From positions 224,001-288,000 of the forward strand of contig CBDDEL010000011.1 in NCBI GenBank assembly GCA_965226885.1: DNA of 64,000 bases, given 5' to 3'. Under the pieces are notes generated by a model. The model did no database searches and was not told where the DNA came from. It was given only the letters and a program-made list of their open reading frames with translations. This document shows positions 10,382 to 20,504 of the stretch, in pieces (positions within the stretch are counted from its first letter, which is position 1; the number at the start of each line of letters is the position of its first letter). The translations under genes were made by a program, and so were the position numbers. The stretch comes from Opitutales bacterium. GTDB lineage: Bacteria; Verrucomicrobiota; Verrucomicrobiia; Opitutales; UBA2987.

Positions 10382-11080
10382 ATGAGCAAAACTCAATGGG
10401 AAAACGACGCGGAACTCTTCCAGTTGGCGCGGGCTGAACTGCTTACCGCAGTAGTCGGTGATATCATGGATAGAGCCGGTTTGCAGAAGCAATTTCTAAC
10501 GCCTAATATTCGGCCTCTAATGAAGGATATGGTCGTCATTGGGCGTGCCATGACTGTGGTTGAGGCTGATATTGTCCCCGACGCCGCGACCGCCGGAGAT
10601 AATTCTGTTCTGGCGAAACCGTTTGGTCTCATGCTAGAGGCCTTGGATGATCTCAAGGTCAACGAAGTCTATGTGTGTAGCGGCGCCTCACCCCGCTATG
10701 CGTTATGGGGTGAACTCATGAGCGTACGGGCCATGCAATGCGGCGCCGCCGGAGCTATTGTCGATGGTTATTCCAGGGACACCCGTGAAATTTTAAACCT
10801 TAACTTTCCCACTTTCTCTTTCGGCCCGTATGCCCAGGATCAGGCCCCTCGAGGTAGGGTTATAGATTTTCGTGTTTCCATTACGATTGGTGAGGTTCTC
10901 ATCGAGCCGGGAGATATCCTCTTTGGCGATATCGACGGGGTCTGTGTTGTTCCAAGCGCAGAAGTGGAGGAGGTTTTTAATAAAGCACTAGAAAAGGCTC
11001 GCGGCGAAAAAATGGTCAGGAAGGCGATCGAATCAGGGATGTCCGCCGCAGATGCCTTTCGTAAGTTTGGGATAATGTAG
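10382..11080 (+). CDS. RraA/HMG-CHA aldolase family protein
   Basis: ALWGELM, GAIVDGYSRD, PGDILFGDIDGVCVVP. Confidence 0.9.
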   Translation: MSKTQWENDAELFQLARAELLTAVVGDIMDRAGLQKQFLTPNIRPLMKDMVVIGRAMTVVEADIVPDAATAGDNSVLAKPFGLMLEALDDLKVNEVYVCSGASPRYALWGELMSVRAMQCGAAGAIVDGYSRDTREILNLNFPTFSFGPYAQDQAPRGRVIDFRVSITIGEVLIEPGDILFGDIDGVCVVPSAEVEEVFNKALEKARGEKMVRKAIESGMSAADAFRKFGIM

Positions 11081-11144
11081 AAAGATTGAGGAAGGAAGTA
11101 TGCTAACCATCGAGGTTACGCTCCCGTCGATTTGACGTTAACAA

Positions 11145-12779
11145 CTACCGGTTTTTCCAATCATAACCGTAAAGGAATGCCCGCCGGAGCACGAATCGGA
11201 TTTTGACGGCATCAGCCGGGGCTTCTTCACCACCTATCCAGGCGACTGTTGTCTGCCGGTGGTCCCCTGTTATGGGGCGGCAGTCTTCAACCGAGAAACC
11301 GGGAACCGGACGACCGGATTTGTCCAGTAATTCAGCCCGAAAGTTGCCCCCTTTGCGGACCAGGAGGTTGACCGCCAAGCGCCTGCCCTCGGGATTTCCC
11401 GGACGGGTGACCGCCTCACCGTAAGTGGGGCCTCCTGCCGATGGCGCCAAGGCCCACAACCGGTCGAACTCCCAGGTGGCGCGGCACAACGCGGTATTGA
11501 AAGGCAGGGTCGGGGTATTGGCCCCGATGACCGTCTCCCCACCGACCTCAATCCGAGGTTCAAATCGAGTGTCGAAAATCTCTCCATGCAACCCTTCGGA
11601 TCCAGCGTAATACACATGCATCTTGCCGTCCTCCACAATGGGGTGATGCATCTGCCAGATCATGCCGCTGCCAAAATCTCCGAGTGGAGGATTCGCCAGT
11701 GTTGGCCGCCGGTCCGGCCGCCACCAATGGATGCCGTCGCGAGAGGCACCCATTTGCAAAAACATCGTCTGAATAGATGAATTATAGGTGGTAATTATCC
11801 CCACGTAACCACCCTCGACTTTGACCGGTGTAAGTTCCAAAAACTGGGTGAAGTCCGGATCGCGCCAATCCCGCCGCAGCACCAATATATCATTGCCCCA
11901 CTCGCTGCCGTCCGGACTCGTTCTCTGAGCTATCGAGCGGAGCCCTCCACGAGGGTTGTTGTCATAGATAATTATCCGGTCCCCTTCCTTCTTCTTGGGG
12001 TAAGTCTTGAAATAGGACATGTAGGTTTCGTCCGGCTGGCGATATACATACGAGACATCGACACCGCCTCCATGGGATGGGTGAATCGGACCCTCAATCA
12101 GTTTCCAGTCCTTTCCATCCTGGGACCGGTATTTGTAGGTCGCCCGTTTTTCCGCCGGTCCGGGAAGGTGTCCTACTCGATTGGCCACTCCCCCAAGCTT
12201 TGGAGACCTCAGCACATACATTTCGTAGGGCCACTCCTTGTTCTCTGGGTCGACCAGGACTGAAGCGTAAACAGCTGTTCCGCCTGAATCCATATCAAAA
12301 ATGATGTTCGTGCGATCGTGTCCCGGCCAACTGACGAATGGCAACATCGGCCGATACCAGTTGACCCCGTTCTTGCTCTCCAAATACGTCAACCGGCGAA
12401 ATTCCTCATGTTTGGACTCCAACCCTTCAAACTCCTCCTCGGCGGGGATCGATACCTGCCAGGCTTTCCACAAACCATCGATGGGATCAAGCAGAAAACC
12501 ATCGATGGGATCAAGCAGAACCGTTCCATGTGCCATAATGCCGCCGGAGTCCCAGGGCATGGCGGGTTCCAGGAGTGGATTATGGGGATCGGGTGCTCCC
12601 TCTTCGACCCGCCAGTAGACAAGCTTCAGGGATTCAAAATCATCGGGCATCAACAGCGGCATGCGCTCCGCGGCGGTGGTAGGGGTTGTAGTTCGCGCCA
12701 CGACCAGAAAGACCATTACGCACGAAAAGCAGCGCAGGTGTTTAAGTGAATTTGGGTGAAAATTTTCGGAAGAAATCAT
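11145..12779 (-). CDS. Secreted protein, probable 5-bladed beta-propeller glycosidase-like (paralog 1)
   Basis: Signal peptide, Asp-box-like repeats (ESKNGVNW, SQDGKDW, SPDGSEW, SRDGIHW), C-terminal beta-sandwich; carries a 24-bp in-frame duplication. Confidence 0.65.
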   Translation of the reverse strand: MISSENFHPNSLKHLRCFSCVMVFLVVARTTTPTTAAERMPLLMPDDFESLKLVYWRVEEGAPDPHNPLLEPAMPWDSGGIMAHGTVLLDPIDGFLLDPIDGLWKAWQVSIPAEEEFEGLESKHEEFRRLTYLESKNGVNWYRPMLPFVSWPGHDRTNIIFDMDSGGTAVYASVLVDPENKEWPYEMYVLRSPKLGGVANRVGHLPGPAEKRATYKYRSQDGKDWKLIEGPIHPSHGGGVDVSYVYRQPDETYMSYFKTYPKKKEGDRIIIYDNNPRGGLRSIAQRTSPDGSEWGNDILVLRRDWRDPDFTQFLELTPVKVEGGYVGIITTYNSSIQTMFLQMGASRDGIHWWRPDRRPTLANPPLGDFGSGMIWQMHHPIVEDGKMHVYYAGSEGLHGEIFDTRFEPRIEVGGETVIGANTPTLPFNTALCRATWEFDRLWALAPSAGGPTYGEAVTRPGNPEGRRLAVNLLVRKGGNFRAELLDKSGRPVPGFSVEDCRPITGDHRQTTVAWIGGEEAPADAVKIRFVLRRAFLYGYDWKNR

Positions 12780-12809
12780 ACTAAAATTCGGTGATTTGAC
12801 GTGAAAAAA

Positions 12810-14456
12810 TTACCGGGATTCCCAATCATACCCGTAAAGGAATGCCCGCCGGAGCACGAATCGGATTTTGACGGCTTCAGCCGGGGCTTTTTCACCACCC
12901 TTCCAGGCGACTGTTGTTTGCCGGTGGTCCCCTGATATGGGGTGGCAGTCTTCAACCGAGAAACCGGGAACCGGACGACCGGATTTGTCCAGCAATTCAG
13001 CCCGAAACTCGCCACCATTGCGGACCAGGAGGTTGACCGCCAGGCGGCTGCCCTCTGGATTTCCCGGATGGGTAACTGCCTCTCCGTAGGTGGGGCCTCC
13101 AGCCGATGGCGCCAGGGCCCACAACCGGTCGAATTCCCAAGTGGCGCGGCACAACGCGGTGTTGAAAATCAGGGTCGGCGTCTCAATGGCGATTACCGAT
13201 TCCCCGCCGACCTCGATCCGAGGGCCGAACCGGGTGTCAAAAATCTCGCCGTGCAGGCCTTCGGATCCAGCATAATAAACATGCATATTGCCGTCCTCGA
13301 CGAGAGGGTGGTGCATCTGCCAGATCATGCCGCCGCCATAGTCGCCGAGCGGAGGATTCGCCAGTGCCGGCCGCCGGTCTGGCCGCCACCAATGGATGCC
13401 GTCGCGCGATGCGGCCAATTGCAGCGACATGGTTTGAATCGCCGGGTTGTAGTAGTTGACCAGCACCACATAGCCGCCTTCCACTTTGACCGGACAAACT
13501 TCCAAAAACTGAGTGAAGTCCGGATCACGCCAGTCTGGACTGAGGACGGTGACTTGGTTGCCCCACTCGCTTCCATGCGGACTGGTGCGCCGGGCCACCT
13601 TGCGAATGGTCAGTGTGTCGTTGTCATAGGGAATGATGCGATTTTCGTCCCGTACATCGCCATTGATCTTGAAATAGGATACGTAGGAGCCGTCTGGCTG
13701 GCGGTAAACGTAGCAGACATCGCCGCGCGGTGTCGTCATGAGCGGTCCCTCCACCAGATCCCAATCCTTTCCGTCCTTCGACCGGTAGCGATAGCTCCCC
13801 AGTACGTGATGGCCGGGGGCTGGCAAAGACCCCACTTTGTTGACCACGTTGCCCAACTTGGGCGACCGCATGACGAACATTTCGTAGGGCCACTCTTTGT
13901 TTTCCGGGTCAACGAAGACCGAAGCATAAACCGCAGTGACGCCGGAATCGAGGTCCAGCAGGATGTTCGTTCGGTCGTGGCCGGGCCAACTGACATACGG
14001 CAGCATTGGGCGATACCAATTCACCCCGTCCTTACTCTCCAAATAGGTCAAACGGCGTTGGCTGGTATGCCCGAACGTGAGAGCATGGACGCGCGGAGGA
14101 TCGGCCGGGTTCGTCTTGGCGTCCGCCCGGCGCCCCCGGGGCGCTGCCTCCGCGGGGGTCGATACCTGCCAGGCTTTCCATAAACCATCAATGGGATCGC
14201 GCAGGACCGTGCCGTGGGCCATAACTCCGCCGGAGTCCCAAGGCATGGCGGGCTCGAGGAGTGGATTTTGCGGATCGGGCACGCCCTCTTCAACCCGCCA
14301 GGCAACGAGATGTAACGACTCGAGATCATCGGGCATCAACAGCGGCATGCGAACCGCGGCGGGGGCACCGGTCGCAGTTTGCACTGTGGCCGCAAACACG
14401 AGGGCCACGCAGTAGGAAAGGCCGCGCAGCCGTTTACTATTAGGTTTGTGTATCAT
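12810..14456 (-). CDS. Secreted beta-propeller glycosidase-like protein (paralog 2)
   Basis: Tandem paralog of 11145-12779 with the same motifs. Confidence 0.65.
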   Translation of the reverse strand: MIHKPNSKRLRGLSYCVALVFAATVQTATGAPAAVRMPLLMPDDLESLHLVAWRVEEGVPDPQNPLLEPAMPWDSGGVMAHGTVLRDPIDGLWKAWQVSTPAEAAPRGRRADAKTNPADPPRVHALTFGHTSQRRLTYLESKDGVNWYRPMLPYVSWPGHDRTNILLDLDSGVTAVYASVFVDPENKEWPYEMFVMRSPKLGNVVNKVGSLPAPGHHVLGSYRYRSKDGKDWDLVEGPLMTTPRGDVCYVYRQPDGSYVSYFKINGDVRDENRIIPYDNDTLTIRKVARRTSPHGSEWGNQVTVLSPDWRDPDFTQFLEVCPVKVEGGYVVLVNYYNPAIQTMSLQLAASRDGIHWWRPDRRPALANPPLGDYGGGMIWQMHHPLVEDGNMHVYYAGSEGLHGEIFDTRFGPRIEVGGESVIAIETPTLIFNTALCRATWEFDRLWALAPSAGGPTYGEAVTHPGNPEGSRLAVNLLVRNGGEFRAELLDKSGRPVPGFSVEDCHPISGDHRQTTVAWKGGEKAPAEAVKIRFVLRRAFLYGYDWESR

Positions 14457-14540
14457 ATCAAATAAAATGAATCGAATTTAGAATGATGAAGTGGCACCTA
14501 CTTTGTTAAGCCCCTATTTACTAACGACCCACTATGCTAG

Positions 14541-16107
14541 CCCGGATATTTCATGAAGGGTAAAGTTTGGCTCGTTATTGCTATTGGAGATGGATTTCTT
14601 TGTATTTTGAGCAGATCGTCTTGATTTTTAGGTGTTTTTCAGGGTGTAGAGACACTGCCCCCTTTCCCCCATTGGTTCGGTAGTGCCGGGGGCAGCACCA
14701 ATGCACCCTTTAGGTTGGCACCAATCGGCGGGCCGCATGGTTGAAAAGACTGGCCCAAGGATAACTCTCACTTAGGTGAAAGTGAATCGTTCGGGTGTTG
14801 CGCACGATGACCGCTCCGATCTTGATTAATTTGAGCCGCAGGGTGTGGCATTGGGCCCGCGCCCACTTCGTCCCTTTTAAGGCTAACCGGCGCATGGCTT
14901 CCATCAAGGTGTAGGCCAGCGCCGACAAGAGCAATCGCCACTGATTGGCCCACCATTGATGGGCGCTGGTGCGCTCGCTGAACAATTGCATCTGTTCCTT
15001 GATTCGGTTCTCCATTTCACCGCGGCCACAGTATACCTTGTCGTAAAGCTCCTGGGGATCGCCCGGCAGGTTCGTCACCACGAAGCGCGGGTTGGACCCC
15101 TGTGCGGTGTGTTCGGCTTTATGGATGACCAACCGCAGCCATCGCCACGAATCGGCAGCATAGACGAAGTCCTGGAATAACCGTTGTTTTTTACCCCTTA
15201 GTTCGAACCATTCTTTGGCCTGCTTTTGCAACTGCTGGGCGTCTTGCTGCAAGCGTGCATTGCGAGCCATCCCCACGATGTAACTAACTTCGTTGCGGTC
15301 GTACCAAGAGAGTATCCGGTCTCGACAAAATCCACTGTCGGCGCGCCAAATAATCCGCGTACGGGGCCAGCTTTGGCGAATCCGTTTAACCAGCAATTTG
15401 AGGATGGCCCCGGCATGCTTGCTGGCATCGATCTTGCTCGGCCGCAGGTAGGCCACCAGCAGCTGATCACCGCAAAAAACATATAGCGGCAGAAAACAGT
15501 AATGATCATAATAACCGTGGAAAAAACGTCCCTCCTGGAGCCCGTGCACCGGATTGTCGGTGGCGTCAAAGTCCAGGATGATCTCTTCGGGTTCCTCGGC
15601 AAAGGATCCCATGAACTGTTCGACCAGCAACTCGTTCAGGGCAAAGGCTGCCCGCCGATCCTGCCCGTTTTCAAAACGACACAAAGTCAGCGCGCTGGCC
15701 AACGCTTCAGTGCGCCCCGTTACCGTTTGCAACAAAGGATCGCGGCGCAGGGTGTCAAAGTCGTTCAAATCCTCATGGCCCGCCACCAGCCCGTAAACGC
15801 GCTGCCGCAGCATCCCCAATACCTCATGGCGTACTTTGCCCTTCTGCCGTTTGTCCACTAACTGTCGGGCCGCTCGTTCGGTCAAGCCCAACTGCCGATC
15901 CACTTCCCGGATCAAAAGCAGTCCGGCATCCGAAGTAACCTCTCCGCCCTTGAAATCAACCCGCACACGGCGGCCTTTTACCCTTGCCAACTGTAGCTTT
16001 AATTGTTTACCTTTTGTCATCGCTGATATTGCTTTAATTATTGATCTATCCTGCTGTATATCAGCAGTTAAGCATATCAACGATACTTTTTTTACGAAAT
16101 ATCCGGG
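14541..16107 (-). mobile_element. IS1380-family element, copy 1 (1567 bp); transposase 14710-16020
   Basis: IRs CCCGGATATTTC/GAAATATCCGGG, CTAG TSD, motifs LDFDATD, RADSGF, RGEMENRIKE. Confidence 0.95.
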
Positions 16108-16113
16108 CTAGAA

Positions 16114-17061
16114 TTATTTTTTGATGAATTTCTGGATGCGTTGGCCTTTGATCTCGCTTACATATACCTCGCCCTCTGCGCTGACGGTTAGGGAGTGGGG
16201 TAGATTGAGTTGACCAGCTTCGGAACCGAGAGCGCCCCAGAAGGTGAGCACGTTCCAATCGAGGGTGGACTTGAAAATCTTGTTTACCAGGCCGTCCGCC
16301 AGGAACAAGATGTCATCCGAAGTGATGTAGAGGCCAAAGGGTGACATGCCCGTCATCTGTCTTAGAAATTTGCCATTGGCGTCGAATACCTGAATGCGTT
16401 TGTTTTCCCGGTCGGCCACATAGACATTATTTTTGGAATCCAGAAAAATGGCGTGGGGAACGTTAAACTCGCCCTCACCGACGCCTCTTTTACCCCATGC
16501 GAGGAGGAATTTTCCGGTTTGGTCGAATTTTACAATCCGTGAATTGCCATAGCCGTCCGCGATGTAAAAGTCGCCATTGGGGGCAAAGGCGATGTCGGCG
16601 GGACGGTTGAAAAGGTGTTCATTTTCACCGGCCACATCTTTTTCCCCAAGCGACATAAGGACGTCTCCCTCCGGAGTAAACTTGATGACCGTGTGGTTGG
16701 CGTTGTCGGTCACCCAGATATTGTCTTCGCGATCAACTCGCAAACCATGTGGAGAGGTAAACATCCCTTGGCCAAATGAATGCAGGAATTTACCGTTTCT
16801 ATTAAAAACAATTATCGGATGTTCGCCCCGGTGGAAAACAATGACATTGCCATGCGAATCCGTGGCCACAGCAGCGACAGCGCCGAATTGCCACCCGGAA
16901 GGAAGTTGCGGGAATCCCGGCACGACCTGGTAGGCCAAGCTTGGCGGGACGAGAACCGGATCTTCGGCCGTGGTCGAATTTCCCGCCGTAAGAGTAAGCA
17001 TGGCTGCCGCTATCGTTAGATTGTTGAGAGTAAATATCCTATTCCATTGTGGGTATTTCAT
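16114..17061 (-). CDS. Secreted NHL-repeat protein (PAL/peptidyl-alpha-hydroxyglycine lyase-like)
   Basis: Signal peptide; NHL repeats (FNRPADIA..YIADGYGNSRI, FNVPH..YVADRENKRIQ). Confidence 0.88.
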   Translation of the reverse strand: MKYPQWNRIFTLNNLTIAAAMLTLTAGNSTTAEDPVLVPPSLAYQVVPGFPQLPSGWQFGAVAAVATDSHGNVIVFHRGEHPIIVFNRNGKFLHSFGQGMFTSPHGLRVDREDNIWVTDNANHTVIKFTPEGDVLMSLGEKDVAGENEHLFNRPADIAFAPNGDFYIADGYGNSRIVKFDQTGKFLLAWGKRGVGEGEFNVPHAIFLDSKNNVYVADRENKRIQVFDANGKFLRQMTGMSPFGLYITSDDILFLADGLVNKIFKSTLDWNVLTFWGALGSEAGQLNLPHSLTVSAEGEVYVSEIKGQRIQKFIKK

Positions 17062-17148
17062 TTTTGTATTTAGGTGGTCAGATCAATTTCTAGACAAGCC
17101 GCAAACATGAAACTTTGAAGGGTAATTGTCCAGTTTTTGCGTATCCGA

Positions 17149-17173
17149 TGTCCAACAAACCCAGTGCGCATCA
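17149..17173. mobile_element. Orphan IS3-family terminal inverted repeat
   Basis: TGTCCAACAAACCCAGTGCGCATCA matches the end of the 43974-45298 element at 21/25 positions. Confidence 0.6.
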
Positions 17174-17258
17174 CGTTGTCCTACGAAGAACCATCAAACA
17201 AAAGAAGTGTTGATTCGATCAATCTTGGAATATCGGCACACCCAATTTAACTGCCGGA

Positions 17259-18591
17259 TGAAGTGGACGGGGTTGTTTGGACAATTTTGACGTGGGATTA
17301 AGGTGGAAATCGTGTTCATATTATTTTTTAAAAATATATTTTGTCCTTAGCCAAAGACGGGCACGCAGGTGCCCGCAAGCTGTATTGGCGGGGAGGTTGG
17401 TTTTGCTCCGATTGCATGGACTTCGGCCGGGGTCCGGTAGCCCAGGGCTTGGTGGGGGCGCAGGTGGTTGTAGAAGTCCAGGTAGCGGGCTATCCCTTCG
17501 CTGGCTTCCTTTGCCGTGGCGTATTCGCGCAGGTAAATGTCTTCATACTTGAGGGTTCTCCAAAAGCGTTCAACAAATATGTTGTCCAGGTAGCGGCCAC
17601 GCCCGTCCATGCTGATGCGCACCCCGGCTTGCCCCAGCACCGAGGTGAACTCGCTGCCGGTAAACTGGCTGCCTTGATCGGTGTTGAAGATTTGAGGTTG
17701 GGCCCGCCTCAGAGCTTCCTCCAGGGCGAGCACACAGAAGCGGCTCTCCAGGGTGTTGGAAAGCTGCCAGCTCAACACGTAGCGGCTGAACCAGTCCAAC
17801 ACCACGGTCAAGAAAAGGAATCCTCGGCTCAGCCGCAGGTAAGTGATGTCGCTGCACCATACCTGGTCGGGCCGCTCGACCGCCAAACCCCGCAGCAGAT
17901 AAGGGAAAATGCGGTGCTGCCGGTGCCCCTGGCTCAAGTTTCGACGCGGATAAATAGCCTCCAGGCCCATTTGGCGCATGAGCCGCTGGATGCGGCCTCG
18001 TCCCACTGCATGGCCCTCTCGACGCAGCCACTGGGTCATCCGGCGAGAACCAAAAAACGGATATTGGGTGTAGAGCTCATCCATGCGATGCATGTAGAGA
18101 ACGTTCTGCTCGCACTGGGCACGGGCCCGATAGTAATAGCTGCCGCGGGCCAGCCCCAGCAACTGACATTGCCTGCCGATACTGATTTTTCCTTGAAGTG
18201 GTTGCACCATCTTGCGCCTCTCACCAACCGAATTGTTCAGACTTTTTTTTTAGCCAATCGCATTCTACTTTCAGCTTTCCAATCTCCTGGTAAAGGTGAT
18301 CTTTTTCCGTCTCGTTGTCCTTGCTGAGAGTCTGCCGCTGGCGCGAAAACAGCTCCGTTGCTCCCTGCAAAAGCTGCTTCTTCCATTGGGTCACCTGGTT
18401 GGGATGCACCTCAAAACGACCGGCGATCTCGTTGATGGTATGAGCGCCCCTGATGGCTTCCAGGGCCACTCGGGCTTTAAACTCAGCACTGTATTGTCTT
18501 CTCTTTCGTGATTTAATAACATTCATAGGTTAGCGGATTTAGTGGTTCAAGACCACCTTATTCCACTGTCCAGTTTTCCCCGTCCATTTCA
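17259..18591 (-). mobile_element. IS3-family element (orfA 18221-18526, orfB about 17347-18240)
   Basis: TG...CA ends with imperfect IRs, GGA TSD, A9 slippery run near 18243-18251, DDE motifs WCSDITY, NTDQGSQF, ERFWRTLK. Confidence 0.93.
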
Positions 18592-18598
18592 GGATACG

Positions 18599-19398
18599 GT
18601 AGTGTATTAAGTAGGAATGGTGGCTAATTCTTGATTATATTGATGAATGAAAAGTCTCAGACAGGTTTCATGCATACTCTTAAGCTTGGAAAAGGAGAGG
18701 GTTTTGCGTGTGAAACGACCCAGTCGTTGGCGCAGGGTATTGTTCCATCGTTCCACATGGGCCGTTTCACCGGTTTCTTTTCCCACGGATCGGTTATGAG
18801 GAAAGACTTCATCATAAGTGCTCCAAAAGTCGCTGTAGGTGGCACTTCTTTTGTAGGCCCGTGGCAGACGCTCGTAAAGTTCCCGGCAACGATACCAATC
18901 CTGAGGCCCAATGGCATAGGAGAGGATTTGACGGGTGCGTCGGCAAAGAGCGATCCAAACCCATTGGGCATCGCTCTTGCGCCCCACAAAAGACCACAGT
19001 TCGTCCAGTTCAATGACATCATGGCGGCGGGCCGCAAGAATCGTGCTTTTGAGCGGTCGCAGCGATTGTCGTTTTTTTTAACCAACTCAAAGCGGTGTTG
19101 GGACTCACCCCGAAGGCGCGCTGTAAACCGCGTAGACTGCTGCGTTCCTGATAGACTCGAAGGATCATTTCTTTTTGCTCTTCGGTGTATTTCACTGTGG
19201 GGTTTTCGCGGCTTTGTTTACCACAATCATGGCAGCGGTAGCGCTGTTTATGGTTGGGCGTCTTGCCAAATTTAATGATATTTTCACTTCCACAGTGCCG
19301 ACAATTAATAATTTTAGTAACCATGCACTAAGAATAAACTGCCTAACGCTATTTGTACAGCTAAAAATACAAAATAACATTCTTTTTTTATACACTAC
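18599..19398 (-). mobile_element. IS1-family element (insA 19019-19324, insB 18607 to about 19080)
   Basis: IRs GTAGTGTAT/ATACACTAC, 800 bp, InsA zinc ribbon (CRHC..CHDC), A8 frameshift, InsB (YSDFW, HVERWNNTLRQR). Confidence 0.9.
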
Positions 19399-19402
19399 AC
19401 TA

Positions 19403-19758
19403 GAGGCTGTCCCAAAAATATAAAGATTTTATAGTCAACTGGATGACGTTGATAAAAAGAGCCGGAAAGAGCAAGTTTTTGCTCGATCCGGCCAAAAAAG
19501 GGTTCTATAATTGAGTTAGCGAAAATCAATATAGCCCTTTCTATGAATTCTATGAAAAATATAGCCATCTAGCCCTTTCTATGAAAAATATAGCCATCCA
19601 ATGCCTCCTGCGTCCAGCTTTAACTGTGGTCGACCGGTGCCTCGATTACGATAACTTCCGCGCCACCATTGATCGAATCGATCGGCTGCTGATCGACTCG
19701 GAGGTGGAATCGCAGGCCATTGAGCTGGCCTTGGAGGGGTGGCCGCCAATGGGTCTAA
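19403..19758 (+). mobile_element. 5' fragment of IS5/IS1182-like element, with nested 9- and 29-bp duplications
   Basis: Matches the left end of 20505-22321; truncated by IS1380 at CTAA. Confidence 0.9.
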
Positions 19759-20504
19759 CCCGGATATTTCATGAAGGGTAAAGTTTGGCTCGTTATTGCT
19801 ATTGGAGATGGATTTCTTTGTATTTTGAGCAGATCGTCTTGATTTTTAGGTGTTTTTCAGGGTGTAGAGACACTGCCCCCTTTCCCCCATTGGTTCGGTA
19901 GTGCCGGGGGCAGCACCAATGCACCCTTTAGGTTGGCACCAATCGGCGGGCCGCATGGTTGAAAAGACTGGCCCAAGGATAACTCTCACTTAGGTGAAAG
20001 TGAATCGTTCGGGTGTTGCGCACGATGACCGCTCCGATCTTGATTAATTTGAGCCGCAGGGTGTGGCATTGGGCCCGCGCCCACTTCGTCCCTTTTAAGG
20101 CTAACCGGCGCATGGCTTCCATCAAGGTGTAGGCCAGCGCCGACAAGAGCAATCGGCACTGATTGGCCCACCATTGATGGGCGCTGGTGCGCTCGCTGAA
20201 CAATTGCATCTGTTCCTTGATTCGGTTCTCCATTTCACCGCGGCCACAGTATACCTTGTCGTAAAGCTCCTGGGGATCGCCCGGCAGGTTCGTCACCACG
20301 AAGCGCGGGTTGGACCCCTGTGCGGTGTGTTCGGCTTTATGGATGACCAACCGCAGCCATCGCCACGAATCGGCAGCATAGACGAAGTCCTGGAATAACC
20401 GTTGTTTTTTACCCCTTAGTTCGAACCATTCTTTGGCCTGCTTTTGCAACTGCTGGGCGTCTTGCTGCAAGCGTGCATTGCGAGCCATCCCCACGATGTA
20501 ACTA
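19759..20504 (-). mobile_element. IS1380 3' fragment (copy 2)
   Basis: Right IR plus the C-terminal part of the transposase; truncated by the IS5-like element. Confidence 0.92.

Noticed and set aside
12942..14183. Long antisense ORFs (also 17341-18327, 26961-27875, 50091-51152, 30781-31683)
   Set aside because: Shadows of well-supported genes in GC-rich DNA, with no recognisable motifs.
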